A stretch of 62,633 bases of DNA, counting the filler, from Choristocarpus tenellus KU-1152 (Eukaryota > Protista > Phaeophyceae): assembly GCA_964200185.2 (NCBI GenBank). It is 9 parts of 9 records of this genome, joined end to end, with 100 filler letters (N's around TTAATTAATTAA, not from the genome) between each part and the next. Parts side by side here need not be neighbours in the genome. Positions count along the whole stretch, not along the records: positions 17,993 to 29,857 come from CAXNAD020002094.1; positions 29,958 to 39,619 come from CAXNAD020003493.1; 7 more parts are not named here. The stretch is one strand, 5' to 3'. This document shows positions 23,501 to 36,300 of the stretch, one piece after another (position 1 is the first letter of the stretch; each line of letters starts with the position of its first letter). The notes under the pieces are model-generated. The model had not been told where the DNA came from and ran no database searches. It worked only from the letters and a program-made list of their open reading frames with translations. The position numbers and the translations under genes are program-made.

Positions 23501-24851
23501 TGATCATCTTCCTATGATGCACACAAATGAGGTAAACCTTGTGATTTGCTTCACCTGTTTGCTTGTGGAGAAGGGAATGTTTTGGACACACCATCCATTG
23601 GCAGTGACTACTGAGATATCCAACAGTGTTTTGCCTCAACTGGACATATTTGGCGTCATTGCCCTTATTGCATTGACAACCTAGGTGCCTCTTCAACTGG
23701 TAACCGATTGATCTGCAGCATGGTCTAGGTTGTAAGGGTAACGCTAGGGGTACACACTTCCTCTGTGGCAATGGTACCCACTACTTGATGGCAAAATCCT
23801 ACATTGAATCTAGCTCAGCAATACTGGCCGAGCTTGCCCGATTTTTAACTCCTTCCCTTTTCAGTGTATGGAGAGCAAGAGCTCAATTGACCCAACGGTT
23901 AAACTATGACGTCACATTTCTCTCCCCCATAAATATCCACTTCTTCTAATGTCTGGAGCAGAGGTTGTGACCTCAAGGCGGTAGAGAGATCAAGAAATCT
24001 GATTAACCTCGACAGTGAGCTGATGACCAAGTATCATGGGTACAAGGTTCGGATGCAACCCCCCTTCCAGCAACCTCAGGGCCGACCTAATTTTCTCAAT
24101 AGATGTGTATGGACTCAGATTCTCTCAAAGGACAAGTGAAGAAATGTAACAATGGCCCATCTATATACTTTCCCTTTCTCACAGATAGATGCAACACTCC
24201 CACCCCTCCTTACTTACCACAGCTCACAGTAAATGGAAGGTATCCAGACTCCGTCCATTTCGCATTCAAATCACTTTTTTTATATTTTGCCATTCACTCT
24301 TATTTCTACGGTTGATTTCTCTATTGTCCAAAAAAAATAACAGAATTCAGAATAGTCCTAGCACACATTTGTATAAAAAGCCGACTTTCAAACAAAATTG
24401 TCCGCATCCTTTCAATATAACCCTGGGTACGTCTCGCTTTGGCTCAACTGCTGATCATGTCGACTCACTTAGCTATAGTGCTGGCCTAGCGCAAAGCAGC
24501 TCTTCCCACCTGTTCAGGACGATCTGTCTTTGTTCTCCACCTCAACACACGCACTCTTGTCTATTTTTTCAAAGATGGATCCAACAAATAAATTTATCTG
24601 ATCACCCGCATGTTTGTTATCCACCTCCACCTGCCTCTATGAATGCTGTCTCCCTCTCTGGACTTGGATGGGTGGAAGAGTCCTTTGGATTACTATAGCG
24701 ACATGAGTGCTGGGGTACCACAGCGAAAGCTCATGGGGCTCAGGGTCCCACTCCTGGCCATCACAGCCCTAGATGACCCCATAATCACAGCAAACGGGGC
24801 GCCTGTAGACGTTGCTGAACGTCTCGAAAACCTCTTCCTTCTCATCACCAG
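20523..24851 (+). CDS. Alpha/beta-hydrolase of the ABHD1-3/YheT/EEB1 family, partial; exons ~20523-20789, 20976-21169, 21312-21631, 22112-22211, 22632-22827, 23190-23294, 23962-24046, 24679-24851; start and final (His) exon not located
   Basis: Phase-consistent exons give TPWLLTGD, LVLHGLTGSSND, VMNARG, RTADV, nucleophile elbow IGFSAGG, LDSELMTKYHGYKSPLDYY and VPLLAITALDDPII (catalytic Asp). Hydrophobic N-terminal segment. Confidence 0.85.
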
Positions 24852-25363
24852 GCAAGAGTAGGGAGTGAACAGTAGTAGGCAACGAACACATGATGTGAAA
24901 TCCTCATTCTTCGGTTACTTCCAGAGTACAACACTGATCGCTAATGAAATGTGATAGCATTCTTCTCAGTAAAAACAAAAGATTTGCTTCACACGGAAGA
25001 TATGATTCCAAGTGCGGGGAAAATTCCAGGTGGTAAGCATGTGTGGAAGGAAAGACCGAGATAAATGCTACTTTATATGTAGATAACATTTACTAGAGGT
25101 GTACATTAAAGTGCAGAGAAGATCAGATACTTTTAAACAAATGACCAGCAGGTTGAGAGTAGTTGTACTCTTACGATCTTTCGCTTCATACAGATATCAA
25201 GCACTCAAATTTGTTCCGTTTTGTGCCCGCTGAAATTGTCGTGCACATACATGTAATTGCGGGAGGAAATAAGCATGGAAGAGAAAGAATACATTGATTT
25301 CAACGGCAGTCTGATTTGGTCGTAACAAAGGGCTCCGTATACGACAGTGTGAACTCTAGTTGT

Positions 25364-25718
25364 TAGTGTTGTTGATAGCGACAGTTCAGTCAGTTTCAGT
25401 TCGATTAATCGGAATAACCGAGAAACTGGACTGAGAAGGTTCGGTTATTCGGTTATTAATTATTTTCAAAATAACATAACCAGAGGTGTTATTACAGAAC
25501 TTGTCAAAGGTCGCAGATTCATATCATATTTGTCATAAGGTGTCACTACCCACCATTAACAACACGCTTCAGTGTTTATAGCTTCAAATCTGCCTGCTGA
25601 GACCTGTAGTGGCTTTGAAGTTTCTCCCTATTGCGACAACAGTTCAATTCGATTAATCGAACCTTTTTATCAAGCCTATCTAATCGTAGCCGTAACAAAA
25701 AATTCGTTCACAACACTA
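25364..25718. mobile_element. hAT-like non-autonomous element (~355 bp); related sequence at ~54840-54950
   Basis: Termini TAGTGTTGT...ACAACACTA. Flanks CTAGTTGT and GTAGTAGT are a 6/8 match (degenerate 8-bp TSD). Repeated subterminal TTCGATTAATCG, TTCGGTT and AACCGA motifs. Confidence 0.55.
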
Positions 25719-26411
25719 GTAGTAGTTGTATTACATCTCCCCGTTTGAAGTCAACAACCGAAGTCTTGTAAAATATGTACCAGTAGTTGCAATATATAAG
25801 AAAACAAGAAGCATGTGATCCGCACAATTGAACCTACAGATAGACTAGAACCATGAAAGCAGTAGATAAGCAACGGAAGAATATCAGGAGTCAGCAAACC
25901 CCCATCTCGCCCACCGGTCCAGTCTCTCCACCTTTAGAGTGTGCATAATATGCTGTGAGGGATATTGTTGTATTTATGAACAAGAAAATGTCGCAGGCAC
26001 TCCTTCATCACCCCCTTCTTATTGAACACACCCTCCCTCTCTGCTCACCATATGCATTATTACTGGATAATCCAAAAAATACTGTGTCTATGTTTTGAGG
26101 CACCTGAACTTGTCCACAGCGAAGTTATAGAAGTTGAAATGAGAAGTGTTAAAAGACTCCTTTCAGTGATTATTTACATAGATAGTGGTCCTACCTTAAA
26201 TCATCGACTATTTTGGGTGCGTTATGGCTGTCTTATGGTAGATGTACTTCTAGTAAAGTACACGAGAGGTATCCAGAATTGCATTTTAAGGATGCTGACT
26301 ATTTCGTTTAAAATTTGACTATTTATACAAGTGTGTACAGGAACTTTCCTGAATTCTGATGAAATTTTCGAACAAAAGAGAAATCAACGGCCTCAAGTCA
26401 ATATTAAGATA

Positions 26412-28275
26412 CACCCTCTCTCCCATAGGTTTGGACCCTTAACTTGTGGTTCTTGGGGATGACCTCTGACTACAAAACGGACTTTTGCGTTGGACTTCTT
26501 GAAATATTTTACATGCAGAAAATTATTGTGTTCTGAAACTGTTCCGAAATAATGGAACACAGAATGGGGCATATTCTTATCGTTTTTTAATGTTCCTGAT
26601 GGAGCGTGGAGCCACACAACACTTTCATAACCCCCATGGCGAGCTCCCACATCTCGTCGTCCCTGGCACGAAGACTACCATCTCAGGGAAAGAACTGCAA
26701 GCTGGCCAAGGAAGGTCGGACCACACTTGCTCTGTGTTACGCATTGGCTCTTCGAGGAACCTCCAGGTCACGAGAGGCTCCCGAGGGATGTGGGATCTAA
26801 ATTGGCAAAAGAGATTTGAGTGAGAAAGAGATACCCTAGACGGGTGTGGGCGCACGTCAAAGAACAGTTAGACAGGGAGAATACCGTCTCCTTGAAATCA
26901 CAAGCACAATCTGGACGGCCGTCGAACTTTACGCCAACGAAACAAGTGAAGATCCGGGAAAAACAATGCCAGTAACTGCACGCTGACTATTGACCAACTT
27001 TCCAACAAGCTCACCAAAGCGGGCCTCACAACCGGCACCTCAAAGCTTCATCACTGGCTTAAAGCCATGGGGGCAATGAGGGTTCAGTGGCACATCATCC
27101 CTAGCCTTTCATTTTCTCACAGAAAGAACAAGGTGGACTTCATCCTCAACCAGATCTCCCGCAACCGCAAAACCTACAGGACTGGCCTCAACACCATTAA
27201 CATCGATGAGGTGTGGTTCTACCTCATCTGCAAAAAAGAGATGGTGCACATGTTCCCGGGGGAGGAAAATGTAGGCTCGACGAAGGTGCAGCACAAGAGT
27301 CACATTCCCAAGGTGATGTTCATCTCTGCTATTTTGTGCCCGGATTCTTCCCATGATTTCAACGGCAAGATCAGGATCTGACGGGTTTGCATCACGAAGT
27401 AGGTGCAACAGACTACAGTGTGGCACATGAAGGGCGAGGAGTATGATGTTAATGTCACCATCGACACCGAGTGGCACCTGGAGTGGTACAGGCTCAAAGT
27501 GTCTTGTCTACACGAGGTTGTCCATTCGGGCCCTGCCCAGGATAAGTGCACTTACATTATCCATCCAACACATATAAAACCAAATCACCCAAAAATCGCG
27601 ATATGGAAAAAAAGGCCCCGAATGAACCGTTGCCATCCCCCCCCCCCAGACACTTTGAGCTACATATAGCAGCTGTTGCCAGCAATCAAGGAAAAAACGT
27701 CATGGCTGGAATCGGTGGGGGGGCCCATACAGCTGGACAGTGCAACCCCACATACGGGAAAGGGCACTGTACAGAACCCGAACGCAGCAGGGATGGAGGA
27801 GGGATGGAACATTCAGCTCGTCACGCAAATAGCACAGTCGCCGAATCTCAGCATTAATGATTTGGAGGGTTTTGCAAGTCTGAAGAGCAGGGTATGGGCG
27901 GAGTGTTATGGCACCATTAATGAACTTGTAGAGGATGTTCCACACATACGACGCAGACATGCTTGAGAGGATGAAGCAGAGTCTGTTTAAGAGGTACAAT
28001 CAGGTGTTAAGTCCACTGGGGGGGAACGATTACGAGGTAGAGCACACCGGGCCCAAAAAAAGGCAGTGGGATGGTGGGTTAGCTAGATCAGTCGACATAG
28101 ACTGAGCGGCCTCCGCAGAGGCTTTGGATTGGTGTGTTGACGGTGTTGAATAAAGGCAAGACATAATCTCTTCATTAAACTATTCCAAGGAATCCAACGC
28201 AAAGGTCCGTCTTGTAATTTGGAGGTCATCCCAACGAGCTACAACTTAACGGCCCAGACTTATGGGACAGAGCAG
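26412..28275 (+). mobile_element. Decayed Tc1/mariner element of the plant-mariner (DD39D-like) group with ~95-bp imperfect TIRs and TA TSDs; transposase is a pseudogene
   Basis: TA|CACCCTCTCTCCCATAGG...CTTATGGGACAGAGCAG|TA, resembling CTCCCTCCGTCCCA termini. Motifs NIDEVWFYL, VQHKSHIPKVMF, FNGKI, IQLDSATPH and QSPNLSINDL. In-frame stops and a MITE insertion. Confidence 0.85.
27491..27661. mobile_element. MITE family B (GGCTCAAAGTRTCT...AGAYACTTTGAGC) inserted in the mariner transposase; other copies or ends at ~39201, ~39440-39600, ~39740-39898, 42566-42745, ~42985, 47441-47599
   Basis: Short TIRs and a shared internal body (GTCCATTYGGG...AAGTGCACTTACATTATCCAT...CCAAATCACCCAAAAAT). Removing it restores the transposase frame EWY|I...LLPAIKEK, with a (T)ACA duplication. 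Confidence 0.8.
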
Positions 28276-30019
28276 TATTATCCATAGAAATAAGAGTGAA
28301 TTACAAAAGATGAAAAAAGTGCCTTGAATGCAAAACGGCCAAAACCTGGGTACCTCTCGTTTGCTTTGACTCTCTAGTACTCTGGAGGGCGATTTCAAGA
28401 TTATTTGGACAAATTTTCATCTTCTCTTTTACAGTCGCAGTCCCTCTAAGGAAGGTTAGCTGCATTTCAGATGTGGGAATGGGTTGTCAGGTAGAAGGTT
28501 ATAAACATCTAAGTACTCAAGAGGCCTACAAAGACCCCCCTCAAAGATAGGATGGCTCTGATTATGCATCTGGGCATCAGTCGCAGGAATTAAGCTGTTG
28601 TTGGATGACGATGCCTGTAGGTGACGGTCAGCCTGGACCTTCAAAAAGACCACATTTAGGAGAAGACTGTCTTCCGGTTTGAGACAGTGTCCACATCGGA
28701 CATTGCCCTGGCGCTGAATACCGTGTTCACTTGGAAATTCTTGTCTTTTGTGAAGAGACTCGTATTGATTGTACAGTTTGCCCTACTTTTCCTTGCATAC
28801 AGATATGAAGTCCCGAGGGCTCATTTGTGAAACATAGGCCTATCTCACTCAACGCTTGTACACAATTTGCCTATCAAAATCAATGGGGCGCGATAATGTA
28901 TAATGTTGTTGGTGTTAACTGACACCCAAAGCTAGGTATGCAGGCACTCAAAATCTGAGGAATTGGTGGGCAATTTGGAGTGACTAGTTCCATATATGTC
29001 TATTGTCGTTACGTCATGATTCATGGGTCACTATTTGAGCCACTCAATTGGACTGTAATAGCGTTGTTTGCTCTAGTGTCTAGTGGATCGGCACCTGCCC
29101 GAATTCAGACATGGTGTGATGATGCATGTACAGTGTCCTGGTCAGTGTTTAAAATAAGGTTTAGGTTTTGTCGGTGATATGGTACGCTTATGAATGAAAC
29201 TGTTGGCGGTGTGTGTTGAAATCATTGCACGGTTCGCGGTGCATGCATAATGTTACACCTCCTTTACCGACCTCCGACTTCTTAATTAAGGAAATTCCAG
29301 AATTTCCAGACTGGTCGTTGTCCTACTGGTTTATATGTTTCTATTTAAAACGTTCGTCCTCGTGACTCCAAGGTTACGGAGTCTTGTTCCCTCCATTCAA
29401 TTCTTGGGTTCAAACCCATCAAGATCAGACTTCTTTTCGGTGGAAGTTTGGTTTCGATTATCCAATTCCAGCTGACAAGAACACGGGATTGCACATCACC
29501 TGTACTATCCTATCTGTCGCTATACCACTATAATCACCAGACCAAGACCAAGGTAGCAATGCCGAGGCAATCCAGCACTAGATTGAAGAGAGAAGGCTGA
29601 GTGACAAGTGGTGGGATTGCTGAACACATCACCCAAAGAGCAAGGCGTAAATGGAGACAGTATAATTAGTCTATCACAAGAGTTAGTTGCAGTAGAGAAC
29701 TAGTGCAGTGCGTAGTGCCTCTGACCATGGGATGGGATAGCCCCAGAATAAATAAGGACTGAAATATTGCCGGAGTTACGACCCAAAGTATCTGGAGGGG
29801 GGGGGGGGGTTTTACACCAGGGTGGGCATTTGGGACAAAAACAGGAAAAAACAATTTNNNNNNNNNNNNNNNNNNNNNNNNNNNNNNNNNNNNNNNNNNN
29901 NTTAATTAATTAANNNNNNNNNNNNNNNNNNNNNNNNNNNNNNNNNNNNNNNNNNNNGTGTAACAAACGTTTGCACTTCGTTGAAATATAAGAAGAAATA
30001 CTCGCTCTATTCGCCTGTA

Positions 30020-30760
30020 ACATAAACTCCATGGCTGTAGCTGCTGTTGAGCAGCTAAGGACGGACCTGTATGAGGTGAGCATAGTGCTAAACATGAATA
30101 AGACCTTACTACACACCGCCACAGGGCCACTAGTCCACACACTCGGAACTATATCTCCTAGCTACCATAAGAACAAATCTGGCTCCAGATCCAAATGGGT
30201 TTGCAACACTAGGGTCTCTGGTAGCGAGAGATGAGTTTGTTGAAGCCCACGCAGCCAGGGTGATCAAGTGCTCAGGCTCATGAATGCTGGCCACACACCC
30301 GAGTGAGAGAGGGGATAAATAAATTGCAAGGCTCCTCAAACCCTGGTACCTCTCTTCCCGTTTGGGTTATTTGTCACTCCCCCCCACTTTGCACACTCCA
30401 CCAAGGAACAAGCTGACAAAACCTTGTTGTGGACTCTAGAGAAGATAATGGAGGTAGCAGACTCAGCTGGGGCCAATGAGTTCTTTGATCGGGTGTATGA
30501 AAATGGGTCTCTTCACCTGGAAACATATGTAACACATGAACAATAACAGACACAGATGACCAAACATTCAGGGGGCCTAGGCCTGCTATCCATGAGACAC
30601 CACCAGCATGCAGGTTTTGTGGGATCGCAGGTGGTCAACCATCCTCCCCACTATCCTAGCAAGGCAAGGGTCCCACGGAGAGATTTTTCACCCAGACCAT
30701 TTGTGCGACCTCCACAGTCCAGGCCCCAGCATTGACGATCCACATCCTCCTCTTATCAGG
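30020..30760 (+). mobile_element. Non-LTR retrotransposon reverse-transcriptase remnant (C-terminal RT/thumb region), frameshifted
   Basis: Fragments across frames read VSIVLNMNKT, NGFATLGSLVARDEFV, LLWTLEKIM...EFF and SGGLGLLSM...HAGFVGS, the usual LNxxKT / LGxPxG..xFV / GGLGL motif order of LINE RTs. Confidence 0.65.
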
Positions 30761-33362
30761 ATTCCCTTCGGAAGACTTAACGGGAATTATTGGCTAATGG
30801 TAGGCAGACCTGTCACAGGCGATGTGTCTTCATTGCATTTTCATAAACGTCATTATGGCCTTGAGGTTCCTAGATCTTATATATTTGTACTTCTTGATTA
30901 TTTATTCTTTAGTCAATATGATGTCACACAGAGGTGGTAAATATTTTTTCAGTCCTAATTTTATACCCCCATGAAAGCAATAAAGTGAATAATCGAAGGG
31001 ATACAGCAAATCCGATAGTCAGGTGCAGGAGGCATAAGGTTGACACCCGACATACCCGCACCTTCCCTAGGGTGTGATGACCGGTACACCAGGATATGCT
31101 AATGGTGAAATGCCTAAACCAACTCTTTGGGGATTGAGCTTTCCTTCTACTATGGAGGATTGTAGCCCATTCACAGTGGGCTGGAATTCCACATGGATGT
31201 GGAGTTCCACGCGGGGGCATCTCAGACGCTGACTCAACTCCCTACTGGGACAAAGGCCTCCTTGTGGATGCTGGTTTGGCAGAAGTTCAAGTAGCCCCTC
31301 ATCTTCCCCACTCATCCACTAGCAATGGTGTAGCTGCTGCTTGAGTCGAAGCACAAACGTGCTTCCATTGTGAGGGATCTTTTGGCTCTCGTAGTTTTAA
31401 TCTCAACACTTTTGCAGTGGGAAGTTTCTTGGATGAGATAGTCACCTCTGCAGAAGGGGGCAGGGGTAGGGAGGATACTGTGGGAAAGGGGCTGTCAGGT
31501 CCTGTTTGAGACAAATAGTCTCTTCAGACGCGCCATGCCTTTCAAGAGACATGAGACAGATGGGCAAGAAGGGGCCTGTCAGATCCTTGAGATGCTTCCT
31601 TAGCTCCGCACCCGCCTTCTTAGGGCTAAGCTAGGTTAGAAAGGAGTGTGTACAATTACATTGTTGTATTGTAAGTTTTCAAATCGTAAATATCTCCTAG
31701 AGAAGGAATCAATTGAATAGTGACAACTGCTACTGCTATTTTTTTTCAGGAATCCTTGTTATATACCTCGGTTTTTCCTTGACACACTTCCAAAGGGAAA
31801 ACTTATGAAATAGTCTGAGGTTTGTGAGTATGATAATTCGCTGTGGTAGAGACGTACAAGTGTAAGCTATGTCGTGGCAGGAAGAAGAAAAGACAAGGGG
31901 GGTAAACGGAATGTTAAAGACTGGATGACTGGGAGGCGGGCAGTATAATCAAGAACACAGTGGGAAATGAGTGACAGGAGGTTAAGGGAGGTAAGGAGGA
32001 GTGGGGCAGAATGAAAGGTATGAGTCAAAGGTGGAGGTGGGAGGACAAGATGGGGCAGGACCAAGGCAAACTCTGAACAGTCTTTCAACCCCTCCACACT
32101 CTCGATTGCTCACGACTGAGTGCGCTGTTGGGCGCGCGGAGGGGGGTCAAGCTCGGGTTGGGTAGATCTCTCGTAGTTCAAAGGCACGGTATGGGAGTGG
32201 ATTATTGGGGAGTTCTTGGATGAATGCGAGTGTTGTGGAGTGGGGTGGAGTGGGTTGGTATGGTAGAGAGTGTTGTAGAGGAAGGTGGAGTTCATTCGCA
32301 GAAATTAGCTGTATTGGTTGGTGAGGGGTTATGTGGAAATTGACCACGTTGAGCACACGGAAATTGACCGCATTGCTTTGTGAGTTGATACTGGAAGTTG
32401 GTCACATTGGATACATGGAAATTGGCCAATAATAAAGTGGTTGATGAGTGGATGCGCGGAAGTTGATTGAGGAGGATTAGAGTGGATGGAAGGCTAAGAC
32501 GAGGCATAGTAATTGATCCAGAAAACATGAGAAAAGTGAAATATTTGAGGACATAATATTAATATGTACTAATATATTTGAATACAAAAACGAAGGTAAG
32601 GATTTAATTGGTTTGCTCAAGTGGTGGAGAGAGAAAGGGTCCTAAATGTATTGGTAAGACCGCGAATTTGGTTGAAGCCCCTCTGTGTACGAAGTTGGTT
32701 GAACTGCTCTGACAGGAATCTACACCAGTCTACTATCAACTACTGTTGTTAGCTGTCCCGGTAGAGAGAATAGTGGAAAATCGTGTGTTTTGCTGATTCT
32801 GATGTTCGCATCTTTATCGACCTCACCTAGTGGTTAGGTGTGTACGTCACGTTTTGACATTGGTCTCGGGTCATGCTAATTCAGGATAGGGGGAAAAAGA
32901 TCACTGCCGGACTAGTTCTTGCATCTAGAAAGAGCTAGGACACCGTTTCATCCGTATGGTGCTTCTGGAATCTAGGACGGAGTCATGGACTATCTATTAG
33001 AGGTGAGCATGTGGTAGTTACATTGAACGCAACATGCAGAGGAAGATTCCACCGACTGTAGTCACCTATTCTTTCTATTTGCCAAGAGCATCCTGAAGGG
33101 GCTCATTAGTGGAAGACAAGAAGGACGTAAGATATTTACATGTTGCTCGTGTTTTCGTTGTATTACTTTCACAAAGAACTCGACAATGTGACACTGCCGA
33201 GTCATGCATGGTGCAAGCACCGTTCCATAAATGATACCTCTTCAACTTAAACGTGTTTATATCGCAGTAGTTCCGTACGGAGAAATACACCTTGTTGGTC
33301 ACCTGGATAAAAGCAATCTTCGGGAGAAATTCCTCTGGACAAATTTTCTTTGGTTTGGATAG

Positions 33363-36300
33363 ATGGAAATTCAGAGCATGACTGTACTGCTGATGTCTAT
33401 ACCGAAGGTAGCGGCTAAGGACGAAGATGTCACAAGGAGTAACGGTCGGCAAACCACCGCCTCTTTCCCTATATTCAGCTGCCACAATCACTCCCTAACA
33501 ATCAATCCATCATCTCTTGTGGAGGCCTTCTCCGAGCTCATGGATCATGACGGTCTAGTTGTGATGGCGCGTGGGCTCGGCGTCCGACGATTGCTGGCAA
33601 AGTTTCTGATGATGCACTGCATGCACGGCACATTGCCAAAGTCACCACTGCCGACCTCTGCAAAAAGACGTCAGACTGTCAAGGAGTCCAACAGCATTAA
33701 TACGACAAAGGAAGAGACCTCCGGTCTTGAGAGAGGGAAGGGGTCAAGAGAGGACAAGGTCTATGGTAGGGATAATACTGATGACAGAGCCGGGGTGAAC
33801 ACAGGTGTTGGAACAAAGGTGCAAGCACAAATCGATGTGCTGGGAAATGAAAGAGTGATGACTGGGGCAAGAGCAAGTGCAGGGCCCAGTGAAGGAACTG
33901 GAACTGGAACAGGCATTGGGTCTGGGATTGAGACTGTATCCAGGTCCAGGGTGTCAATTGGAACTGGGAGTGGGACTGGGGCTGGCACTGGGATTGGGGT
34001 GGATGGAAGTGGAGCCATGGCAAAGGCACATGAACGAACTGGTCTTGATTCGGAGAGTGAGACTGGAAGAGGAGGGACTGTGACTGAGAGGTGTTTTGGA
34101 ACTGAGGAAGGAATCGACACCAGGGTTGAAATTTGGACTGAAATGGGCACTGGAGCAGTTGCAGGCCCAGAGGATGGGCGGGGGGTTGCGTGGGGGAGTG
34201 GTGAGGAGAGGGTGGAGACTACTGTTAGCCATGCACGGAGGTCACTGGTGCTTTGTCTCAATGCTGGTGGGGAGGAAGACTTGTTCCTAGATGCTCTCAT
34301 GTCTGATGGGGTCTTACCCAACCGCCTTCCTGAGGCAAGTATGAATAAAAAATAGAAATATTCAGAAGAGAACATCTTAGCTTCTTTTCAAGTTCAAAGC
34401 TAGTAGATGGGATTGAGAAGTTATGAACTTTCTTGGTGATTTGGTACATTTTGATATAGGTGGAATCTCTTCTGGCTTTTCAAGTGTAGACCCTGGGATG
34501 AAATTGTAGTTTTTTGTTCATATTTGACTTTGCTTCCAGTATGAGTAGCTTTCCTCTATCAACTGAACACTGCCGTTTTTAAAGTGGGAAGACCTGCTGT
34601 TGTAGTGGTTAATATATGATGTTTATATTATTATGTTGGCTAGTTTGAGTAAATTGTTGGTGGACAATGTCTGTAGGGTATTGCAGAGCTCAACAGTGTA
34701 TGATGTCAGAGTGGGTTTCAGGAGAAAGGAAATGTATGTGGTCATATTTGGTGTTACCAATGGTTTTGAGTATGTTAGTATGCTTCTGGCACTGCTGTGT
34801 GATATAGTTCTAATACTTCCTTGTATGCCATAAGGTTATTGCTCACCGCTATACCTTTTTTTGTCACCTCATTTTTTATTTTGATTGCCCTTGAGGTCTA
34901 GAGTAGTTTGGATTGTCCGGTTTTGATGACATTTTTTAATCATTTCATGATCAGTTTTTGCTCTGGCCCTCGAGTAGTCTATGAAAATATTCTGGAGGTC
35001 TTCTCCCTTGTTGCAAGATAGGATAGTCTGGGAAGCTACAACATGAGAGTTCTTTTTTTCTTCGATTCTCCTCTGAGAAGTTTCTCAAGTGATTTGTCAT
35101 TGCTACCTGTGAGGATGTTTTTTCTTCACTGTGCCCACTCTCACACCTGGACAGGTTCTAGATGCAGAGTTCACGCCAGCACAGCGGCGGGAGATGTACC
35201 TCTTGGGGGGTGTGTTCCTGGTGACATCTAGGGTTCTCATCGTTGATTTGTTGAATAAAGTGAGTGCTGTACTTGCTTCTTTGGCCAGTTCTATCATGTC
35301 TCTGCTTGGTTCTAGTACTTGACTCAACTCACATTCTTACTGATGTTCTCGGTTCAAGCACATTGGAATTAGTATCCACTATAATATAGCATGGTTGAAG
35401 ATGTGGGTCACACTAAAGGCACCACTGATGGCAGTACACAGGAGTGGAATAGAGTCACTGAAAACCGGTGAAAAAATATGGGACAGAAGTTTTTGCAACA
35501 GGTTCTTGCACAAGATGCTTTCACAGAGAGTTGGGCTATTTATTGACTCTTCTACCTTTGTAGATAAATTTGCTGTTATGACTGATTGTACGCCGAAGTT
35601 TAGGTATGGCGCAGTTACCCCTGTCTCGGTTGCATGGTGCAATTAGAAATCACGTAGTTGAGCGTAAACAAAAGGAGTAGTTTAGACTGTCGAGGTATTG
35701 ACTCATGCAAAAGGAGAACTCTGTTGGACATTGTGAACTGTATCAATCCAAGACTTCTCAGGATATTATATTCTGAGCATCCACTTGAAGCACGTTCATT
35801 TTATTACACTACTGTCATATAGTGGGATGGTTCACCTGTTGCCCCTTGACGTTTTTGGTTAGTTTCTCACTGATGTTGAGTTGAGGTGCCAGTGGTTCAT
35901 TACATAGCTCTGAGAGTATCAGCTGTTCATTGAGTAGTGTGAAGGTGTGTGCCAAAAGGAATTTACCATTCGAATTCCCCCACCAAGATATTTTGGAGTT
36001 TGCAAATAGTTAGTTAGGTTGGGTCTTCCTGGCCCCTTGAATTCTTTTTGGTGCGTTTGGTGAAAACGTCAATTGGTTGCTGACATTGGTACCATACTAA
36101 CAGATAACTGGCGTTGTTCCGGAAGTTGACAGTGTGAGGTGGATTTGATTTGAGGTATGTCTTGCGAATTTTGATTCTGTTGTGAAAATAGTGGGCCAGG
36201 CATATCAAGTTGGATGCTAAGTGGTAGCCATGGCTTGAACCTTGTCAGAGCGTGCCAGGGACTTTGTTCGAACTATCATTGCCCGAAGGTTTCAGCTGTG

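Noticed and set aside
33697-34375. Minus-strand ORFs of 110 and 204 aa
   Set aside because: Antisense to the low-complexity XPF exon.
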